Assembly (NCBI GenBank): GCA_944377415.1
Contig: CALWEW010000003.1
Span: forward strand, 3,753-67,752
DNA length: 64,000 bases
Reading direction: 5' to 3'
Source: an uncultured Clostridia bacterium
GTDB taxonomy: Bacteria > Bacillota > Clostridia > Christensenellales > UBA1242
In this document: piece by piece, positions 51,001-56,138 of the stretch
Layout: each line of letters begins with the position of its first letter
How positions within the stretch are numbered: position 1 is the stretch's first letter
Position numbers and translations under genes: made by a program
Notes under the pieces: generated by a model
What the model saw: only the letters and a program-made list of their open reading frames with translations
Database searches by the model: none
Told to the model about the DNA's origin: nothing

Positions 51001-51441
51001 AGTACCGTTGGCGAAGGTACAATGTCAGGAGATTATGCTGACCGAGCTCGTGAAGAAGAATTTGCACATAATTTCGTAGCATCAGTTACAAACTTGTTTG
51101 AGCATGAGTTTAAGGATAAATCTAAAAATAAAAAACTCGAAGATAATGGTTCTATTTACGAAATTAAAAACGATACAAAACTTGCAGCAATGCAAACAGC
51201 GTACGCGTTAATGGAAAAGGTTTGTGAATTCCGTGAGGCAAACAAGGATTTGTTTGAAAGCAGCAAGTTCACACCTTCTGCAGTAGGTGAGTATGTAAAA
51301 GCAGCAGGTGGCAGAGGAAAAGTTATTGATAGCTTAAAAACAATACTCGAACCCGCGCTTAATTCAGGTATTTATGAGGCTAAAGGTGTGTACAATGCTC
51401 AAGTGATAAAAGAGCAAAATACAAACACTAGTTCGCGATAA
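48055..51441 (+). CDS. large (1128 aa) soluble protein without recognisable domains, T4SS-associated
   Basis: Long ORF with an AGAGGTAAGG ribosome-binding site and its own promoter. No TM helices, no P-loop, and no relaxase, primase or hydrolase motif that I can see. The central and C-terminal regions are Glu/Lys/Ser-rich. Confidence 0.7.
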   Translation: MSGNKESDKMKLRSELGKKAFWFSKKKYFNRGLLDFFPNSKGRYVENLAGVIGTDYYGEKFAEAQTVVNFDGSFEDAQVRNYANNTRERVPFSLLANGYNSKALLGKLRDMELNQSATKARIESITGRNLDTPYTDEWALLSLEEPVITPDEFKKVASAEMFIQNPVIAEVSDKSPFEFDSSDTSATSFAPPKIGSLNINRLPHMTNIENFDRVVKRVADGAGIDIIASDIKKDGVEVTKRKFYSSLRTIKNFVKKSTNRRVSGLPNNYVLKYSNANTQSEQLYMVLKSVSELSVRPNIERTAELCGTASNLPSKEEFETHRNAIERASACLVASDVVRMLGLSKDDAQVFSDFFTVEAIRNISTLPRDSETIMPLIADYYAESINSFAQDFNLSIADLATAKGVPANVAGQAVNLGAILYAKYIPQMTNTLGVRSGLRVKPEELDFLIFNLPKLEMESTATPPAQTKTIPALPPESELNKDKKQEQGERRPVPIAPKLLNRTENTLYGEKLATETYDNGDSKFYVNGKLCEDSVDYGLILDLVYAANNRERIEAIPQRKPDAAMQIMKDKNTGEEYCYVDGHVSTRNTLNHYNTIDEFYQVNGVYCSEAEYRLYKTFCTQFTATAGKVGESSNQFNPNGSGQPIVRDAEFEVLSGESGDSAGKVGNGSNKGQTKGGENIDGFDNLTNLINSVNESESEAVTLVTPKGSTAESESAKVPSKQGEMFGDILEHVAKARGHKEDYVRKLEGQVDAKSQDKAKTDNEVLESIYDPEKEQNLVEIAKTMERYGLGQQTVEQDKIKVSVDPDLLARIEQFTSEHPRFKGYFVEPEDYNEIRLKRLSAPFNKSGPAREEEVYEPESREDANSHLGGGNADEKVAQDIARSASTRQTSLETFGMENGGYDAFADEVQSASVGAEKKAEKESKVWNENPTLPTKKVEKKPSDDKCPSSVKQKCYELVVDALSSFAYDRQQESLANKAEAESTVGEGTMSGDYADRAREEEFAHNFVASVTNLFEHEFKDKSKNKKLEDNGSIYEIKNDTKLAAMQTAYALMEKVCEFREANKDLFESSKFTPSAVGEYVKAAGGRGKVIDSLKTILEPALNSGIYEAKGVYNAQVIKEQNTNTSSR

Positions 51442-51543
51442 CGCGCTTTATAGAAAATTTCCATAATAGAAAATAGCGTTTATACTTATTTCATGGTTAA
51501 ATAATGCTAATATATTGATTAAACTAAATCAGGAGAAAAGAAG

Positions 51544-51798
51544 ATGGAAGAAAAGTTAACACCAAACAACCCACGAGTAATTGAGATGAGCTATAATGTA
51601 TTTGAAAAAATACTTACTTCAATCGATTACAAGACTAAAGATGAGTTGGTTAAACTTGCTGATGTAATGCTTGAGAAAGTGCAAGACCCGAAATATCCCG
51701 AGATTTTGAGAATGGCATATCAAGATGCGAGACGCAAAATTGAGATTTTGAGTTTAGAGCAACTTAACGAGATTAAGCAGATTATCACATCAGATTAG
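51544..51798 (+). CDS. small hypothetical protein (84 aa)
   Basis: AGGAGAAAAG ribosome-binding site. No terminator separates it from the 1128-aa gene, so the two are probably co-transcribed. Confidence 0.5.
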   Translation: MEEKLTPNNPRVIEMSYNVFEKILTSIDYKTKDELVKLADVMLEKVQDPKYPEILRMAYQDARRKIEILSLEQLNEIKQIITSD

Positions 51799-51927
51799 TT
51801 TTTTGCTGCGTCTTTTGAATTGCTGTGTCGCGAGGCAGGAAAAAGCTCAGGTACATATTTCTTTATATGCGCCTTCGCTTTTTCTGCCGTGCTCCTTGCA
51901 CTTCGCAAAAATACTTGTAAAACAAAG

Positions 51928-51955
51928 AAACAGTGCAATTTGCGCTGTTTTTTGT
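51928..51955 (+). terminator. rho-independent terminator
   Basis: CAGTGCA (51931-51937) pairs with TGCGCTG (51941-51947) including one G-U pair, followed by TTTTTT. Confidence 0.55.
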
Positions 51956-52061
51956 TTAACTTTTAGTTATATCATATAATAACAAAAAGTTATATAAATT
52001 TTAAATCAAATAAAACTAAAAGTAATAGTTGCCAAAATTCGCGCGAAGCTATGTATTTTGT

Positions 52062-52090
52062 TTGATTTTATTTTGTCTTTTGGTTATAAT
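52062..52090 (+). promoter_or_regulatory. near-consensus sigmaA promoter
   Basis: TTGATT (52062-52067), a 17-nt spacer, then TATAAT (52085-52090). It lies inside the N-terminal extension of the track ORF, which argues for the ATG at 52112. Confidence 0.5.
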
Positions 52091-52111
52091 AAAAATAAAG
52101 TGGGAGTGATT

Positions 52112-53077
52112 ATGACTAAATCTTTTCGCTATGTTTGCGGTTTTTTTGTTTTAGCAACTGTTCTAATAGTCAGCGTACTGTTGGCTTGTCTTTCTTTTGG
52201 CTTTACTAAATCAAACGATGTTTTCGCTGTCGATGGCGAAAATGCCGATACCGAGCAACGTTTTTCAATAACCTATATGGAGCGTCTTGATAACGGGCAA
52301 GCAATTGAAATTCCAGCAGATAGATTACAAGGTAACCCGACATCATTTGCAATATCCGAGTTGCCGATTACAACAATTAAACCAGCATTAGCCGAAACAG
52401 GATACGAGTTCAATGGTTGGTATATTGAGAATAATCTTACCTTGTTAGAGTACAACGAAAGTACAGGCACATATATTTTGCCTGCTGGATATAGTAGCGA
52501 CATAATCATTTATGGTGATTTTAGTCTAATTGAATATAGTATTAATTATATTAATTTGCCAGCTGGTTCAAATTCAAATGCTCCAACGACTTACACCATT
52601 AATGACAGTATAGATTTTACTCAAATTACTCCTTATATCTACGCCAGTGAATTTTTAGGGTGGTTCTATGATGCGGACTTCACGCAACCTGTTACGACCA
52701 TTCCTGTGGGGACTACGGGAGATTTGACCATATATGCAAATTTTGTTGAGAAGAAGGTTACAATTTCTTTTAACGAGCAATTTGACCCTATTGTTGTAGA
52801 GTATGGTTCAACTGGATATGGTGAAAATGGCGTGTTGTTAGATTACACGCCAACTCGTGATGGATATAGGTTTGCAGGGTGGTATCTTGATGAAAATTAT
52901 GATTATTCTGCTGAAGTAACATACAGATATACATTTACGAGTGATGTTACATTATACGCAAAATGGGACAAACAAGCAGAAAGTTATATAATTTGGATAG
53001 CCCTTGCGTTTGTTGCAGTTACTATTATTGCTTTTTCGTGTTGGCTTGCTTTTGCGCGCCCGAAAATGCACGAGTAA
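52112..53077 (+). CDS. membrane-anchored protein with three Listeria-Bacteroides (InlB B-repeat / Flg_new) repeats
   Basis: Start moved to ATG 52112 (GGGAG ribosome-binding site). N-terminal signal/anchor present. Repeats are GYEFNGWY...IIIYGDF, EFLGWFYDADFTQPV...LTIYANF and GYRFAGWYLDENY...VTLYAKW. A C-terminal TM helix is present. Confidence 0.75.
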   Translation: MTKSFRYVCGFFVLATVLIVSVLLACLSFGFTKSNDVFAVDGENADTEQRFSITYMERLDNGQAIEIPADRLQGNPTSFAISELPITTIKPALAETGYEFNGWYIENNLTLLEYNESTGTYILPAGYSSDIIIYGDFSLIEYSINYINLPAGSNSNAPTTYTINDSIDFTQITPYIYASEFLGWFYDADFTQPVTTIPVGTTGDLTIYANFVEKKVTISFNEQFDPIVVEYGSTGYGENGVLLDYTPTRDGYRFAGWYLDENYDYSAEVTYRYTFTSDVTLYAKWDKQAESYIIWIALAFVAVTIIAFSCWLAFARPKMHE

Positions 53078-53306
53078 AATTTAAGTATTTTTGTTTTGTT
53101 GCATTACCTCCACGAATGTGTTTTTCGTCAAAGTTGAGTTGCGCTTGCGCACTCACTTTTTCGTATAAGGAGGGGCTTATTCGTGGTAAATAGACATGCA
53201 GGTAGTTGTGAATGGTGCTTTTGCTTTTCCCAAAAATTTTTGCGCATTCTCGAACTGTCGTTTTGTGCTCTAAATAATATTTAGCGACCTCTATTTCCAA
53301 ATACAT
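53025..53306 (-). CDS. spoIIID: sporulation transcription regulator SpoIIID
   Basis: 93 aa. TVRECAKIFGKSKSTIHNYLHVYLPRISPSLYEKV...HIRGGNATKQKY aligns with B. subtilis SpoIIID (TVRVIAKEFGVSKSTVHKDLTERLPEINPDLANEV...HLRGGEATKLKY). Confidence 0.85.
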   Translation of the reverse strand: MYLEIEVAKYYLEHKTTVRECAKIFGKSKSTIHNYLHVYLPRISPSLYEKVSAQAQLNFDEKHIRGGNATKQKYLNFTRAFSGAQKQANTKKQ

Positions 53307-53324
53307 TCACAACTCCTATAACTA

Positions 53325-53353
53325 AAACTATGTTTTGCGTAAGTAGAATATGT
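53325..53353 (-). promoter_or_regulatory. sigmaE-like promoter upstream of spoIIID
   Basis: The minus strand reads ACATATT, a 14-nt spacer, then CATAGTTT. This is close to the mother-cell sigmaE consensus as I recall it (ATATT-N14-CATACAnT). Confidence 0.35.
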
Positions 53354-53489
53354 CGAGATTTGGTGTTTTGTGCAAGTAGGGTCTTGCTTTTAAAGGTCTT
53401 TTTTGTTAAAATATTAAAAATAAATTTTTATATTTGAAATCTATGTTACCATTGAAAATTACAAAAATTGCTTTTAAAGGGGGGTAGGT

Positions 53490-54194
53490 ATGCAAAAAAT
53501 TCAAGGCAAAGTGCGAAAAGCGCTCGACCAGTACAAAATGATTGAAAACGGCGACAAAATAGCAATCGGATTAAGTGGGGGCAAAGATAGTCTAGTACTC
53601 ACAAAGGCTCTTGCGAGCCTTAGGCGTTATTATGATAAGTCTTTTGATTTGGTTGCTATTACGGTAGATATGCACGACGGCAAGTCTGATTTTTCCGCCA
53701 TTAGCGAGTTTTGCGCTGAACTAGGTGTAAGGCATGAAATAGTGCCTTCACAAATTTATGACATTTTGTTTAATGTTAGGCATGAGAACAATCCTTGTAG
53801 CCTTTGCGCTAGACTTCGTCGTGCGATTCTTGCTGAAAGCGCAAAAAAATTCGGGTGCAATAAACTCGCGCTCGGGCACCATGCAAATGATTTAATTGAA
53901 ACCTTTTTCCTTTCGCTTTTTTACGAAAGCAGGCTGTCCACATTTTTGCCAGTAACGCCGATGGACAGAACGGGGATAACGGTAATTCGCCCGATGCTTT
54001 TAGTATTTGAAAAGGATACAACTCGTGCAGCGCGTGATTTGCCAGTATTTCACAACGATTGCCCCGCAAATAAAAACACACAACGAGAGTTTATAAAGAA
54101 TTTGCTACAAAGTATTTCACCCGATATTCATCAAGTACACGAGCATATTTTGAGTGCGTTAACACATCCAGAAAGAAATCATTTAATAAAATAA
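53490..54194 (+). CDS. ttcA: PP-loop ATPase, TtcA-family tRNA thiolation enzyme
   Basis: SGGKDS PP-loop (IAIGLSGGKDSLVL). A CSLC motif and a further conserved Cys (DCPANK) are present. The 234-aa size is typical of the family. Confidence 0.75.
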   Translation: MQKIQGKVRKALDQYKMIENGDKIAIGLSGGKDSLVLTKALASLRRYYDKSFDLVAITVDMHDGKSDFSAISEFCAELGVRHEIVPSQIYDILFNVRHENNPCSLCARLRRAILAESAKKFGCNKLALGHHANDLIETFFLSLFYESRLSTFLPVTPMDRTGITVIRPMLLVFEKDTTRAARDLPVFHNDCPANKNTQREFIKNLLQSISPDIHQVHEHILSALTHPERNHLIK

Positions 54195-54217
54195 AACAGA
54201 GCGCGTGCTCTGTTTTT
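54193..54217. terminator. bidirectional terminator between convergent genes
   Basis: AAACAGAGC-GCGT-GCTCTGTTT forms a perfect hairpin with A and T runs on both sides. Confidence 0.7.
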
Positions 54218-55235
54218 AATATCTTAAATAAGGGTTTCCTGTTTTTTGCTCGGGAATGTTTATAGGCTCTTTTATCATTTCAGCATGCTTTGAATATTCG
54301 TTAAACTCCATGTAGTCGAATTTGGCAATATCTTCGGCGCTTTTCGTTTTAAGCATTTTTTTCATATTTTGAATTTTGGCGATTTCCAAAACGCTTTCAA
54401 TGCTACAATTTTCGCGTATGATAGTCATGTCGGCTGAAATATTGTAAAATGCCATGTATTCTTCTAAACACTTATCAAATGGTGCACCTTCTAATTCGGG
54501 TAAGTGAATAGGGCAAGAGTGTTCGCGTTTGTCGCGGTCTTCCGTTGTAAATCGTGGACGGTGCACATGAGGAAAGGGTACGGTTTCTGGCATCATTTCT
54601 GTGTGCTTTTCTTTCGGTTGGTATTTTTGAATTCGATTTTTATTCTTTAAATGTGCCTTTTTTACTTTGTGTGCAAGTTCTTGTTTGTTGTTATCAAGAC
54701 GACTTATGAAATAAAAACCGTCCTCGTAACCACCTACAATTGCGTAAAGATTGAAAGAAAAGTGCTCGGGTTGGTCTACATCGCGACAAACACTAAATCG
54801 ATATAAAACTGGCAATGCGCGGTCTCGTTGAGTGTCCAAGGTTGGAGCCACGGAAAAATAGTGTGTTTTGCTATAATGATGCCCATTATAGCTGTAGTTA
54901 AAGTGGAATGTGTGAAAAATATATTTAGGTGCAGCAGCCATAATGTTATATTGCTTTGGTGTGCAGTAAATGTTGTATTTTTGCATTCTCGCGCGCTCTA
55001 AGAGCGGAAGATTTGAGATGAGCAAATTCTTTTTTAATTGAATTGCATCAATTGGAAAAGCGCGACTGCGATTTTCTTTTTTTTGTTTGCTGACCTTTGG
55101 TGAGTAAATGTGGTAAACGCGTCCGTAAGGGAAATTTTCTTGCTGAAATTCTATATCTTGTCTAGATGCTAGCGGAGACGGGTGGTAGATACGAGTGAGA
55201 GATAATTTTTCTAACTCTGATGAATTTTCTTCCAT
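54216..55235 (-). CDS. hypothetical protein (339 aa)
   Basis: Long ORF, His/Lys/Tyr-rich, with no motif recognised. Confidence 0.5.
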   Translation of the reverse strand: MEENSSELEKLSLTRIYHPSPLASRQDIEFQQENFPYGRVYHIYSPKVSKQKKENRSRAFPIDAIQLKKNLLISNLPLLERARMQKYNIYCTPKQYNIMAAAPKYIFHTFHFNYSYNGHHYSKTHYFSVAPTLDTQRDRALPVLYRFSVCRDVDQPEHFSFNLYAIVGGYEDGFYFISRLDNNKQELAHKVKKAHLKNKNRIQKYQPKEKHTEMMPETVPFPHVHRPRFTTEDRDKREHSCPIHLPELEGAPFDKCLEEYMAFYNISADMTIIRENCSIESVLEIAKIQNMKKMLKTKSAEDIAKFDYMEFNEYSKHAEMIKEPINIPEQKTGNPYLRY

Positions 55236-55352
55236 AATAAAACCACCTTAAATGTTTTAACCATTATAACATAAATCGACAAATAAAGCAATACCCCTTT
55301 GGGAAATAGTACTGATTGAGTATGTTTAAAAAATTTCAAACCTTATAATGCA

Positions 55353-55376
55353 AGAAAAAAGCACCTAAAGGGTGCT
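55353..55376 (-). terminator. terminator following the duplicated tRNA 3' fragment
   Basis: Minus strand reads GCACC-CUUUA-GGUGC followed by UUUUUU. Confidence 0.6.
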
Positions 55377-55381
55377 TTTAC

Positions 55382-55405
55382 TTTTGGTGCGGCCAAGAGG
55401 ACTTG
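55382..55405 (-). repeat. 24-bp direct repeat duplicating the 3' end of tRNA-Leu (T-loop/T-stem 3' strand, acceptor 3' strand, CCA, plus AAAA)
   Basis: TTTTGGTGCGGCCAAGAGGACTTG at 55382-55405 is identical to 55598-55621. No matching tRNA 5' half lies upstream of this copy. Confidence 0.85.
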
Positions 55406-55570
55406 TAACAAGCGCACAAAGTGCTGCGCAGTATCAATAGTGTAGGCATAAGTAGTAACAATAAAATGGCAGAGCCATATTGCCGAGCGTGCGTCCACGA
55501 AAGGGGAGGTTGCACGGGGGCTGTGCCCGTGCAGCGCTTTTTTGAAAGCGCGCAAGTCCTCTTGAAAGCA

Positions 55571-55594
55571 AAACAAAAACACCCTTTCGGGTGC
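55571..55594 (-). terminator. terminator of tRNA-Leu
   Basis: Minus strand reads CACCC-GAAA-GGGTG followed by TTTTTGTTTT, beginning 7 nt after the CCA end. Confidence 0.7.
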
Positions 55595-55600
55595 GTGTTT

Positions 55601-55688
55601 TGGTGCGGCCAAGAGGACTTGAACCTCCACGGCTTTAAAAGCCACAAGATCCTTAGTCTTGTGCGTCTGCCAATTCCGCCATAGCCGC
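55601..55688 (-). tRNA. tRNA-Leu, anticodon AAG (class II, long variable arm, encoded CCA)
   Basis: Hand-folded as follows. Acceptor GCGGCUA/UGGCCGC. D arm GCG-GAAUUGGCAGA-CGC. Anticodon stem CAAGA/UCUUG with loop CUAAGGA (anticodon nt 55652-55654). Variable stem GGCUU/AAGCC. T arm GGAGG-UUCAAGU-CCUCU. 3' end ACCA. Confidence 0.9.
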
Positions 55689-55712
55689 ATGACTTTCTTA
55701 AATTGTGAATTG

Positions 55713-55741
55713 AGTATATCACATGAAAAAAGAAAAATCAA
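55713..55741 (-). promoter_or_regulatory. sigmaA promoter of tRNA-Leu
   Basis: Minus strand reads TTGATT, a 17-nt spacer ending in TGA, then TATACT, about 25 nt upstream of the mature 5' end. Confidence 0.5.
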
Positions 55742-55960
55742 GCATTTTTTGTTTAAAATCTATTTTTATTTTTTAACAGTAAATTATTTAATATTTTAAG
55801 TTTTTGTTGGGTATGCAATTTTTGTAAATTATTATATAATTTACGGTTTTCGGTCGCAGAAAATATTATAAAATATTAAAACTTTTTTTCATATTTACAT
55901 CTTGACAAAAGGTTAAAATTTGTGTTATATTGCGAAAAAATAAAGAAAGGAGTTAAACAA

Positions 55961-56134
55961 GTGGTAGATAAAAATACTTGTATTGGTTGTGGCGCTTGCG
56001 TTAACATGTGTCCCGTTGGCGCTATAAAGTTTGATGAAAACGGAAAGGCGGAAATCAACAAAGACCTTTGCATTAAGTGCAAGACTTGCGAGGGTGTTTG
56101 TCCCGTTTCTGCTATAACCATTAAAGAGGATTAG
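55961..56134 (+). CDS. 2x[4Fe-4S] ferredoxin
   Basis: Two CxxCxxCxxxCP motifs are present (CIGCGACVNMCP and CIKCKTCEGVCP). Start moved to GTG 55961, which is 8 nt after GAAAGGAG. Confidence 0.85.
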   Translation: MVDKNTCIGCGACVNMCPVGAIKFDENGKAEINKDLCIKCKTCEGVCPVSAITIKED

Positions 56135-56138
56135 AATT

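Noticed and set aside
52058-52111. N-terminal extensions in the ORF track (52058 for the InlB-repeat gene, 57781 for the MreB-like gene, 55922 for ferredoxin, 1759 for the acyltransferase)
   Set aside because: The extensions contain promoter -35/-10 elements or lack a ribosome-binding site. In each case a downstream start with a good Shine-Dalgarno gives a protein of canonical length.
55382-55600. tmRNA (ssrA) hypothesis for the element ending in ...GCCGCACCA
   Set aside because: There is no 5' acceptor strand (no GGGG-type 5' end or sequence complementary to UGGCCGC) and no complete T arm. There is also no tag ORF ending in the usual Ala-Ala-stop. The 3' end is simply identical to that of tRNA-Leu.
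26962-55688. Interpretation of the T4SS locus as an ICE integrated at the tRNA-Leu gene
   Set aside because: The tRNA 3' end faces the locus, but core genes (spoIIID, ttcA-like) lie between them. The only second copy of the tRNA 3' repeat I could find is 216 bp away. No integrase or relaxase is visible. This remains open only if such genes lie outside the window.
55343-55741. Three ORFs (132, 114 and 87 aa) across the tRNA-Leu region
   Set aside because: They run through a canonical tRNA, two terminators and hairpin-rich DNA, so they are artefacts.
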